A stretch of 64,000 nt of DNA, taken from an uncultured delta proteobacterium (GTDB taxonomy: Bacteria; Desulfobacterota; Binatia; UBA9968). Of the stretch, positions 8,840-17,471 are shown in pieces. The notes below the pieces were generated by a model, which did not search any database, had not been told where the DNA came from, and saw only the letters and a list, made by a program, of their open reading frames with translations. The stretch lies in NCBI GenBank assembly GCA_963816145.1, contig CAWFJP010000004.1:256001-320000 (forward strand), read 5' to 3'. Every line of letters begins with the position of its first letter. Within the stretch, counting starts at the first letter, position 1. Position numbers and translations under genes: made by a program.

Positions 8840-9059
8840 AAAAAGAAAGCCTCCGGTGTGGTATTTCTACTTCAGTCATCGACCGGGATCAACTGAATTA
8901 ACCTGGCCGGCAGTCGTTGGGCGATTCGATGGGAATAATCAGACCATCTCACCTCCTGACTGAATATTCTCTTATCGCGGGTTTAAAAGAGTACGAAAAG
9001 TGGCAAGCCATGCCGCCCTACAGAGCTCGAGCCGGGTGTTGTTATCTGAATCGGTCCTG

Positions 9060-9967
9060 TCAAACTTTGGGAATCGGCATCGTGGCCGGATCGTGCTGAT
9101 AGCCGAGCCCGATGAGAAACTTATCGACGTCTCGTAAGGTTTCGTTGAACCACTTTCCATCGCCATGTCGCGGGTTGAAAAAGCCGTGCTTGGCTCCTGC
9201 GTAACCGACGATTTGACACTGATTACCGTAGGCTCTAGCCGCTGCGCAAAACCGTGTCACATCGGCGAAGGGAGCTTTAGTGTCAGCTTTGCCGTGGAGG
9301 ATTAGGGTGGGCGGTAAATCCGGGCCTAGATGATGCAGCGGCGATCCTTCCAGGGCTCGATCGCCGAACCGCTCCTGCAAATGTCCAAGCCAGGTATGAG
9401 TCGTGTCCACTGTCGGATTGAACAGTACGAGTGCGTTAGGTTTCGAACTGATCGTCCGATCCTCGCCGGCCTCATCGAACCTGCTGAAGAGCGCTGCGCT
9501 CAAAGCGATGTGGCCGCCAGCCGAGCCTCCCGACGCGACAATTCGCGTGGGATCGACGTGCAATTGCGTGGCGTGAGCGCGTACCCAGCGCAAAGCGGAT
9601 TTCGCATCGGCTATCGCTTCGAAGGGAGTGGTGCTGTGGCGGCCAAATACACGATAGTCAACTAGGATCGCAACCATGCCACGTTCGGCAAAGTGATGCG
9701 CTTGGGGCACGAACTGAGTGATCGACCCCTCCAGCCAACCGCCGCTAAAAAAAACACCATCGCCGGCCGGCGATCCTGGGGAGTGGCGCTTTCCGGGCCG
9801 AAGACATGCAGCCGCAACTGGTTGCCGCCGATGCTTTTATAGACGTGGGGCGAGGCACCGTCAACAGTCAGCTGCTGTGGCGGAATGGGGTTGGCGCGAG
9901 CCGATGACGCCAGGGAGGCGACGAGCACCGCAACCCCGATGTAACTTTTGTGGTGAATCACTGACAT
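9060..9967 (-). pseudogene. Secreted alpha/beta-hydrolase (HSL-like esterase) split by a 1-nt frameshift in a T8 run at 9747-9754
   Basis: Upstream ORF has a signal peptide and ...RPAMVFF. Adding one T gives VFFFSGGWLEGSITQFVPQA, joining the downstream ORF with GGSAGGH, HGKAD and HGFFN. Confidence 0.8.
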
Positions 9968-10419
9968 GTTTCAATTACCCGTCGCGGGTTTGTCCACGAA
10001 TGCGGCTCTCCGCCTTTTGTTTCTTTTCTGCGAAATTCCACTGATATTTGCCAATATATAAATATAGACGATTGAGCTTAGTCTATTGTTCACACCCCGA
10101 AGACCGGCTGCAAAATAAGTCTGTGTTGCCCATTTTCGGCACAAGAGTGCTTGTGCTCGGCGGTTTGTACCGCGAAGTCATCGGCAACGCACATTATCGT
10201 CGAAAGGCAGGTAACGGGAAAATTTCTTGCGAACCAGCTCGCACCGGGGCGTGAGCAGCGCCGGTGGCCCGGACTTTTGTCGCATTCGATCTTGCAGTAG
10301 CTAAAGCTGCTGGCGCCGGCTGGTTGGCTGGCGAATATAGAGAGGGACATTTTGACAAATATCTCGCCTTTCTCATGGCGAGTGAAATCTCGCCATCGTT
10401 ATGGTAAGCATTTGCCCTC

Positions 10420-11115
10420 ATGGTCGATGTTGGAGCCAACTATCGCGGCATTCTTGAGCGAATTGCTACTGCTGCGGCGAAGGCGGGGCGGGATGCGCGG
10501 GAGGTTCGGTTGTTGGCGGCTTCGAAGTCGCAGTCGGTTGACGCAATCCGCGTGGCGCTTGCGGCTGGGGTGGTGCTGGTTGGCGAGAATTACGTGCAGG
10601 AGGCGCAGGAAAAGAAGCGCCAATTGGCGGATGCCAAGACCGAATGGCATATGATCGGCCACTTGCAGCGCAATAAGGCAAAGTTGGCGGTGGACTTGTT
10701 CGACGTCATCGAATCGCTGGATAACTTGGCGTTGGCGCGGGAGTTGGACAAAGAGGCGGCTAAACGAAGCAAAATTGTGCGGGCTTTTATCGAAGTGAAT
10801 TTGGCCGGGGAGGAGAGCAAGGCCGGGATTGCTAAAAGTGAAGTTGCCGATTTGTTGGAACAGGTTTCCGGTTTGGCTCACATTAGAATAGAAGGGTTGA
10901 TGACCGTGCCGCCGTTTCGTGAAAATCTCGAAGAAGTCCGGTTGTACTTTCGCGAGTTGCGCGAGTTGCGCGATTCGCTCAGTTCACTGCATTTTCCTAA
11001 CGTGCAACTCAAAGAGCTGTCGATGGGCATGACCCAGGACTTCACCGTGGCGATCGAAGAGGGTGCGACCATCGTGCGCGTCGGTACCGCGCTGTTTGGG
11101 CCGCGGGGAAAATAA
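10420..11115 (+). CDS. yggS: PLP homeostasis protein (YggS/PROSC)
   Basis: LLAASK, GENYVQE, WHMIGHLQRNK, LSMGMT and VRVGTALFG motifs. Confidence 0.95.
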   Translation: MVDVGANYRGILERIATAAAKAGRDAREVRLLAASKSQSVDAIRVALAAGVVLVGENYVQEAQEKKRQLADAKTEWHMIGHLQRNKAKLAVDLFDVIESLDNLALARELDKEAAKRSKIVRAFIEVNLAGEESKAGIAKSEVADLLEQVSGLAHIRIEGLMTVPPFRENLEEVRLYFRELRELRDSLSSLHFPNVQLKELSMGMTQDFTVAIEEGATIVRVGTALFGPRGK

Positions 11116-11118
11116 CCT

Positions 11119-11418
11119 ATGTTTCTGATCGCGAATCTGCTGGTTGCAGTGGCGCAAATTCTTGACTATGTCCTGTGGGCCTATGCCTGGATCTTATTGG
11201 GTCGTGTGGTGATCTCTTACATTAATGCCGATCCCAATAATCCGTTGATTAGGTTTCTTTACAGCGTCACGGAGCCGGTGCTCGAACGGGTGCGGGCGAA
11301 ATTGCCGGTGTCCAGTGGCGGTTTTGATTTTTCGCCAATTCTCGTGTGGTTAGCGGTGATGTTTTTGCAGCGTTTCTTGGTTCGTTCCCTGTACGATTTG
11401 GCGCAAGCGATCAGTTAA
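11119..11418 (+). CDS. yggT: YggT family membrane protein
   Basis: DPNNPLIRFLYSVTEPVL and GFDFSP motifs; follows yggS. Confidence 0.92.
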   Translation: MFLIANLLVAVAQILDYVLWAYAWILLGRVVISYINADPNNPLIRFLYSVTEPVLERVRAKLPVSSGGFDFSPILVWLAVMFLQRFLVRSLYDLAQAIS

Positions 11419-11436
11419 CCACGGGAGGGTATTCAC

Positions 11437-12402
11437 ATGAAGTCTCTCTTTGCCGCCGATATTCGCGACAATCAATTGGTCGATTCTATGTTTCTGGTCG
11501 CGGCGAAAACCCATGGGGTGACCAAGACCGGCAACAGTTACCTGACGCTTAAGCTGGTCGACAAGAGCGGCGAGATCGAAGCGCGGGTGTGGGAGCGCGC
11601 CGACGATCTCGGGCGCGGTTTCGACAAGAATGATTTTGTTCGGGTGCGCGGACAGGCGACACTTTACCAGGGCAAGATGCAGCTGCGCGTGCAAGATGTT
11701 CTACGGGTCGACGAGTCGAAAGTCGCGCCGGAGGATTTTTTGCCCAAGAGTGCTTTCGATCCAGCATCCATGCTTGAAGAACTGCAAACTATTCTCCGCG
11801 CTATGAAAAATCCCCATTTGCTCGCTCTCGCGGAAGCTTGCTTCGCCGACGAGGAGCTGATGCGGTTATTAAGCCAGGCGCCCGGGGCCAAGACCATCCA
11901 TCATCCTTATTTAAGCGGATTGCTGGAGCACACGCTGTCCTTGATGAAGTTGATACTCAAAGTCGTCGAAAATTACCGGGGCATCGATGTCGATTTATTG
12001 CTGATGGGCGGCTTTCTCCATGATATCGGCAAAGTTTATGAATTCACTTTCGACCGGGCGGTGGATTACACCGATGCCGGTCAGTTGTTGGGCCATCTGG
12101 TCATGGAAGTGGAGATGGTGAGCAAAAAGATCGAGGCGATTCCGGACTTTCCCACTGAACTAGCTTTGCTGCTCAAGCATTTGTTGGTCAGTCATCATGG
12201 CGCCTATGAGTTCGGTTCGCCGAAATTGCCGCAGACGGTCGAAGCGGTGATTCTGCATTCCCTCGATGATCTCGACGGCAAGATACAGGCGATTCAGAAT
12301 ATACCGGAAAAAGAGCCGGGATCGAAATGGACTGCGTTTCATCGGGCGTATGGGCGGAGTTTTTATCGGGCCAATGGCGAGAAAACCGAGGCAGAGAAAT
12401 GA
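11437..12402 (+). CDS. yhaM: OB-fold + HD-domain 3'-5' exoribonuclease (YhaM/CBF1 family)
   Basis: N-terminal OB fold (YLTLKLVDKSGEIEARVW), HHPYLSGLLEH, LHDIGK and SHHG..EFGSP motifs. Confidence 0.85.
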   Translation: MKSLFAADIRDNQLVDSMFLVAAKTHGVTKTGNSYLTLKLVDKSGEIEARVWERADDLGRGFDKNDFVRVRGQATLYQGKMQLRVQDVLRVDESKVAPEDFLPKSAFDPASMLEELQTILRAMKNPHLLALAEACFADEELMRLLSQAPGAKTIHHPYLSGLLEHTLSLMKLILKVVENYRGIDVDLLLMGGFLHDIGKVYEFTFDRAVDYTDAGQLLGHLVMEVEMVSKKIEAIPDFPTELALLLKHLLVSHHGAYEFGSPKLPQTVEAVILHSLDDLDGKIQAIQNIPEKEPGSKWTAFHRAYGRSFYRANGEKTEAEK

Positions 12403-12569
12403 TCTGACGTGCGAAGTTGTAACCAAAGCAGCAAAGAGTTTAACCACTAAGGCGACAAGGAAATCCTGGGAGTCTGAGCGTAGTGGCGTATCATGATACG
12501 TCCTTGGGAGGTGAAGTGGTGGTTTTTGTCTCCCAGCGCTGTCAAATTTAGCTAGGGAGGTTTGTTATC

Positions 12570-13988
12570 ATGAGGAATTTGATTGCTGGGCAGTGGATCG
12601 ATAAGGCGAAAAAGATTGATGTTACCAATCCGTTCGACAACTCGGTGATTGATTCCGTGCCGAAGGCGGATGCGGCGGACTTGGAAAAGGCATTGGCCTT
12701 CGCCGAGCGCGGCGCCAAGGTGATGGCGAAGCTGTCGAGCTACGAGCGCTGGAAGATTCTCCGCAAAGCCGCGGATATGATGGCGGCGCGCAATGAAGAG
12801 CTGGGCCAGGTCATTTCCAAGGAAGAAGGCAAGATCATCGCCGAAGGGCGCGGTGAGGCGAATCGGGCGGTGGAAACCATGATGGGCTCGGCCGAGGAGG
12901 CCAAGCGCTTGCACGGCGAGACCGTGCCGCTGGACGCTGACCCTACCGGCAGCAAGAAGCTCGGTTTCACGTTGCGCGTGCCTTGCGGTGTGGTAGCGGC
13001 GATCGCGCCGTTTAATTTTCCCTTGAACCTGGTCTGCCACAAAGTCGGGCCGGCGTTGGCCGCGGGCAACACCGTAATAATCAAGCCGGCATCCGACACG
13101 CCGCTATCGGCGATCAAATTGACTGAAATTTTGCTTGAAGCGGGATTGCCGCCGGAAGGCATTCAATGTCTCACCGGTTCAGGCGGAGAAATTGGCGACG
13201 CGCTGGTGGCAGATCGTAGGGTCCGCAAGGTGACGTTCACCGGCAGCCGCGAGATCGGCGAGCGGATATGCCGCACGGCGGGAATCAAGAAAGTTACCAT
13301 GGAACTGGGTTCCAACAGTCCGGTGATCGTCATGCCCGACGCCGACATGGAAAAAGTCGCGGCGGTGTTAGCGATGACCGGCTACGGCAATGCCGGCCAA
13401 ACTTGCATCTCGACCCAGCGGGTATTGGCGTCGAAAAAGGTATACGGTGATTTGCTCAGCGCATTGAAGCCCAAGGTCGAGGCGCTGGCCACCGGCAATC
13501 AACTCGATGAGAAAAATAAAGTCGGCCCGATGGTCAAGGAGAGCGAAGCCGCCCGGGTGGATGAATGGATCAATGAAGCGGTTAGCAGCGGCGCAAAGTT
13601 GGTGGCCGGAGGCGGCCGGCGTGGCGCGATCTATCTGCCGGCGGTGGTCGCCGACGTCCATCCCGACATGCGCATCTCGCGCGACGAACTGTTCGGTCCG
13701 GCGGTGGCGGTGACGCCGTTTGATACGATTGAAGATGCCATCGCCCTGGCGAACGACAGCATCTATGGATTAGCCGCTGGGATTTTCACCGACAACGTTG
13801 AATGGGCGATGAAGTTCGCGCGTGAAGCGGAAGCGGGCAATCTGCATGTCAATTGGGGCTCCCAGTGGCGTGTCGACCTGATGCCCTATGGCGGACTGAA
13901 AGATTCCGGTTTCGGCAAAGAAGGGCCTAAGTACGCGGTGAACGAGATGACGGAACTGAAGATGGTAGTGTTTCATTTGAACAGTTGA
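12570..13988 (+). CDS. Aldehyde dehydrogenase family protein
   Basis: PFNFP, FTGS, ELGSN, catalytic GQTCIS, ELFGP and PYGGLKDSG motifs. Confidence 0.93.
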   Translation: MRNLIAGQWIDKAKKIDVTNPFDNSVIDSVPKADAADLEKALAFAERGAKVMAKLSSYERWKILRKAADMMAARNEELGQVISKEEGKIIAEGRGEANRAVETMMGSAEEAKRLHGETVPLDADPTGSKKLGFTLRVPCGVVAAIAPFNFPLNLVCHKVGPALAAGNTVIIKPASDTPLSAIKLTEILLEAGLPPEGIQCLTGSGGEIGDALVADRRVRKVTFTGSREIGERICRTAGIKKVTMELGSNSPVIVMPDADMEKVAAVLAMTGYGNAGQTCISTQRVLASKKVYGDLLSALKPKVEALATGNQLDEKNKVGPMVKESEAARVDEWINEAVSSGAKLVAGGGRRGAIYLPAVVADVHPDMRISRDELFGPAVAVTPFDTIEDAIALANDSIYGLAAGIFTDNVEWAMKFAREAEAGNLHVNWGSQWRVDLMPYGGLKDSGFGKEGPKYAVNEMTELKMVVFHLNS

Positions 13989-14029
13989 ACTAGGCGGTAG
14001 GCAATGCGCAAGAAAGAACTCACAATACG

Positions 14030-14764
14030 ATGATCGTAAAACCGAGAAACGACGGACGGAAGCCGAACCAATTGAGATCCGTAAAGATCATCCCGAGCTA
14101 CATCAAAACCGCCGACGGTTCGGTGCTGATCGAGATGGGCGATACCAAAGTGATTTGTACGGCCAAGCTCGAAGAGCGGGTACCGCCGTTTCTGCGCAAC
14201 AGCGGCAAAGGTTGGATCACCGCTGAGTACGGCATGTTGCCCGGCTCTTCGCAGCAACGTATCGGCCGCGAGTCGTCGCGCGGCAAGGTTGGCGGCCGCA
14301 CCCATGAAATTCAACGTTTGATCGGCCGCAGCTTGCGCGCCGTCGCCGACTTGAAACTGCTCGGCGAGCGGACCATTTGGATCGATTGCGACGTCATCCA
14401 GGCCGATGGTGGCACGCGTACGGCGTCGATCACCGGCGCCTACGTTGCGGTGACCGAAGCGGTAAAGAGTTGGCTCGACAAAGGCAAGCTGCTGCAAACC
14501 CCTATAAAGGATGCGGTCGCGGCGGTGAGCATCGGCATTGTCGACGGCAAGATCCTCTTGGATCTTTGCTACCAGGAAGATAGCACCGCCGATGTCGATA
14601 TGAACTTTGTCATGACCGGGTCGGGCAAGTTTATCGAAGTCCAAGGCACCGCCGAAAGCGAGCCGTTCACGCGTAAGCAGATGGAGCGCATGGCTGAGAT
14701 CGCCCAGGGCGGTATCAAGGATTTGCTCAAAGCGCAGAAGCAAGCGATTGCGGGCCTCGCATGA
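14030..14764 (+). CDS. rph: Ribonuclease PH
   Basis: [26 protein letters not shown] and [11 protein letters not shown] motifs. Confidence 0.97.
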   Translation: MIVKPRNDGRKPNQLRSVKIIPSYIKTADGSVLIEMGDTKVICTAKLEERVPPFLRNSGKGWITAEYGMLPGSSQQRIGRESSRGKVGGRTHEIQRLIGRSLRAVADLKLLGERTIWIDCDVIQADGGTRTASITGAYVAVTEAVKSWLDKGKLLQTPIKDAVAAVSIGIVDGKILLDLCYQEDSTADVDMNFVMTGSGKFIEVQGTAESEPFTRKQMERMAEIAQGGIKDLLKAQKQAIAGLA

Positions 14765-14816
14765 GAGCCGATGCATCAGCTGCAAAGAGCGCAAAATTCG
14801 CAAAGACAATCTAGCC

Positions 14817-15431
14817 GTGATCGAACTCCTCGTTGCGACGACCAACTCAGGCAAGTTTGCCGAGGTGCAAGCGTTTCTCAGCCGACTGCCGATTCGAATT
14901 CGTTCCCTGCGTGACCTCGCAAATCCGCCCACGGTGCTGGAAGATGGCGCGACGTTCGAAGCCAATGCGCTTAAAAAGGCGCGGAGCTTGGCGGCGTATT
15001 CCGGGTTGCTCACACTCGCCGATGACTCCGGTCTGGAAGTTGATGTGCTGGACGGCGCGCCGGGAATCTACTCCGCGCGCTACTGCGGCGAGGACGGCAA
15101 CGATGATGAAAATAATCGTAAGCTCCTGCGCGAATTGGCCGGCGTCGCCGTAGCGCACCGTAGCGGGCGGTTCGTTTGCGCATTGGCGCTGTGCGCGCCT
15201 GACGATTCCGTCATGTCTGACTGGACCGTGCGTGAGTCTTGCGAGGGGCTAATTGCATTTGAACTCAAAGGCGCCAATGGGTTTGGCTACGATCCGCTAT
15301 TTTTCTATCCAGCGTTTGGCAAAACCTTTGGCGAGATCGACCGCGAAACTAAGGCGACGGTCAGTCACCGTGGTAAAGCGCTAACAAAGCTTGCCGCAGC
15401 GTTGCCTAAACTGGTTGATTTGGCCGGTTAA
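14817..15431 (+). CDS. rdgB: Non-canonical purine NTP pyrophosphatase (RdgB/HAM1)
   Basis: [31 protein letters not shown] and SHRGKA motifs. GTG start at 14817 chosen by homology. Confidence 0.95.
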   Translation: MIELLVATTNSGKFAEVQAFLSRLPIRIRSLRDLANPPTVLEDGATFEANALKKARSLAAYSGLLTLADDSGLEVDVLDGAPGIYSARYCGEDGNDDENNRKLLRELAGVAVAHRSGRFVCALALCAPDDSVMSDWTVRESCEGLIAFELKGANGFGYDPLFFYPAFGKTFGEIDRETKATVSHRGKALTKLAAALPKLVDLAG

Positions 15432-15433
15432 CC

Positions 15434-15461
15434 TTGATTTGATCGAAGCCCAGTGTAGAAT
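15434..15461 (+). promoter_or_regulatory. Putative sigma70 promoter of the tRNA cluster
   Basis: TTGATT-N16-TAGAAT followed by a GC-rich discriminator. Confidence 0.5.
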
Positions 15462-15478
15462 GGCCGCTGGTTAATTGA

Positions 15479-15555
15479 CGGGGCGTAGCGCAGCCTGGTA
15501 GCGCACCTGCCTTGGGCGCAGGGGGTCGGAAGTTCGAATCTTCTCGCCCCGACCA
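15479..15555 (+). tRNA. tRNA-Pro(TGG)
   Basis: Cloverleaf; anticodon arm CCTGC-CTTGGGC-GCAGG; CCA end. Confidence 0.97.
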
Positions 15556-15580
15556 ACGAACAATGGTATGTGCTGAGCTA

Positions 15581-15628
15581 TGAGTACTGAGTAATGTGGG
15601 GCGGAGGGGAAATTCCCCTCAGTACTCA
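15581..15628. repeat. Inverted repeat in the tRNA spacer
   Basis: TGAGTACTGAG (15581-15591) and CTCAGTACTCA (15618-15628) form a perfect 11-bp IR. An inner GAGGGGAA/TTCCCCTC stem overlaps one arm. Confidence 0.7.
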
Positions 15629-15646
15629 GGACTCGTACTCGATTGG

Positions 15647-15723
15647 GCGCCAGTAGCTCAGCTGGATAGAGCAACGGCCTTCTAAGCCGTAGGTCAGGGG
15701 TTCGAATCCCTTCTGGCGCGCCA
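15647..15723 (+). tRNA. tRNA-Arg(TCT)
   Basis: Anticodon arm ACGGC-CTTCTAA-GCCGT; CCA end. Confidence 0.97.
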
Positions 15724-15734
15724 GACTGTTTTGC

Positions 15735-15812
15735 GGTGAGTGTAGCTCAATTGGTTAGAGCACTGGATTGTGGTTCCAGGGGTTGAGGGTTCAAGTCCCT
15801 TCACTCACCCCA
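15735..15812 (+). tRNA. tRNA-His(GTG), with encoded G-1
   Basis: Anticodon arm CTGGA-TTGTGGT-TCCAG; C discriminator plus CCA. Confidence 0.97.
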
Positions 15813-15897
15813 GTTTGAAATCGGTGAATATCGAGGGTCGAGCATAGGTAACTGCAATCCGCGATCTTCCATTTTTCACGTTTAGTTTTATCCGTGC

Positions 15898-15973
<76 letters not shown>

Positions 15974-16135
15974 AATTCTCCTTCCTTATTTCCACAGAGC
16001 CGGGGTGCGAATTCTCCAGTCTGATAATCGATTAAACGAAATTGCGGGATATCTGTAAATCGCCACGGTATGCTATCATTACAACTGTTCGTTTCTGACT
16101 AATGTTGCAGTGAGCAGAAAAAAAAGCTGGTAGCA

Positions 16136-16654
16136 ATGGAACAAGGCTTAACTTATACGATGCCTCTGGAGGTCTACCTCTCTGCGGCGTTGGTGCGTGG
16201 GGTGCTGGAGACCAATCTCGATCGGGTTAGCAGTCACCTCCTGTTTCGCCAGGACGACCAGGTTTTTTCTCTGCGAGACGCGACCGTGGAAGATCTCAAC
16301 GGCCAGCCGATCGTTAGCCGCGCCGCTGAGTATGTCGTGTATATGCGCGAGGTTTACCTGATCGCCGACCTCAGTCCCGCCAACCAGTCACAGCGCTCCG
16401 GCTTCGAAAGTCTCTATCAGAAAAAGGATACCAGCAAGGCGTTGATCAGTGTGGGGCCGCACTTGATCCAGGGAGATGTTTACCTCCTTCCCGGTGGCGC
16501 GTTGTACGATCTGCTGCTCGAAAAGAATCAATTCATTCCCTTGACCCATGCGACCATCCTCGGCCGTCAACCCACTGCGCCGCGGACCTATTTGATCAAT
16601 CGTCATAAGATCGGCTTCATGACCGCGATGGGCGACGGTCTGGTGGAATTTTAA
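16136..16654 (+). CDS. Hypothetical protein with two internal repeats (DUF6812-like)
   Basis: Both halves show an x-G-x..L..LL...F..L..AT pattern. Starts 3 nt before the next gene's ATG spacing (stop 16654, next ATG 16658). Confidence 0.65.
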   Translation: MEQGLTYTMPLEVYLSAALVRGVLETNLDRVSSHLLFRQDDQVFSLRDATVEDLNGQPIVSRAAEYVVYMREVYLIADLSPANQSQRSGFESLYQKKDTSKALISVGPHLIQGDVYLLPGGALYDLLLEKNQFIPLTHATILGRQPTAPRTYLINRHKIGFMTAMGDGLVEF

Positions 16655-16657
16655 CCA

Positions 16658-16978
16658 ATGGCTGTTTATCCAACTGAGATTAATCACATCAAAGCGCGCG
16701 GCATCGTGCGCATAACTTGGGATGACGGCCATATCGGTGAATATGACGAGCCCTATCTGCGCGGTTTTTGCCCCTGCGCCATGTGCCAAGGCCATGGCGC
16801 CCAACGCCGTTTCATTTCGGTGCCCGAAGCGAAGCTTCAGGAGATTCGCGGTGTCGGCAACTATGCAATCGAGTTTCGCTGGCATGACGGCCACAGCACG
16901 GGAATCTATACATTTGAGTATCTGCGTTCGCTTTGTCCTTGTGCTGCCTGCGCTGGGGTGAGCGGCGATGATAGGTAA
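16658..16978 (+). CDS. DUF971 / gamma-butyrobetaine hydroxylase N-terminal-like protein
   Basis: ITWDDGH, YLRGFCPCAMC, VGNYAI.F.W.DGHSTGIY and YLRSLCPCAAC motifs. Confidence 0.85.
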   Translation: MAVYPTEINHIKARGIVRITWDDGHIGEYDEPYLRGFCPCAMCQGHGAQRRFISVPEAKLQEIRGVGNYAIEFRWHDGHSTGIYTFEYLRSLCPCAACAGVSGDDR

Positions 16979-17246
16979 TTGACCTCCAGAAGGTGTGCTC
17001 CCACTTGCCAGATCACTACAGGCCGCGACCCGAACAACTGAGTTTCATCAGTATCATTGACGCTCCGCAAGACGATCAACTGCATGTGTAAAGATGCGCA
17101 CCTGCCAACCGTACGTGAGCCAGTCTAAGATCCGTCTCAAGGCCCGCTACTGGCGCTCGTTGCGCTTGACTTACCACCGGGTAATTCTTACTCTCCTCTC
17201 CGAGTCGGCGAAGCTGGATCGACAGTTTGCAGCGACTGGGCGACCT

Positions 17247-17329
17247 GCGAGAGTGGCGGAATTGGCAGACGCACTAGACTTAGGATCTAGCGGGCAACCG
17301 TGGGGGTTCGAGTCCCCCCTCTCGCACCA
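17247..17329 (+). tRNA. tRNA-Leu(TAG)
   Basis: Anticodon arm CTAGA-CTTAGGA-TCTAG; long variable arm; CCA end. Confidence 0.97.
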
Positions 17330-17471
17330 TGAAAGCTTCTGTTTCGTTCGACATACATTGAGATAGAAAGGTTAACGGTAAGGCTACCGCCCATTCACAT
17401 TGCGAGGTCCGAGACAATCCGGACTCGTCCTGCGTCAAAGCGCAAACGCCTCTGTCGTAAGAACATTGTAG

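Noticed and set aside
9968-10419. Riboswitch or small gene in the 450-nt divergent spacer before yggS
   Set aside because: Only small hairpins (e.g. ATGGCGAG/CTCGCCAT) and no recognisable aptamer consensus by eye. An Rfam scan would be needed.
13973-15013. Long antisense ORFs (also 28957-29943, 33665-34336, 39093-39809 and others)
   Set aside because: Shadow ORFs opposite well-conserved genes, expected in GC-rich DNA.
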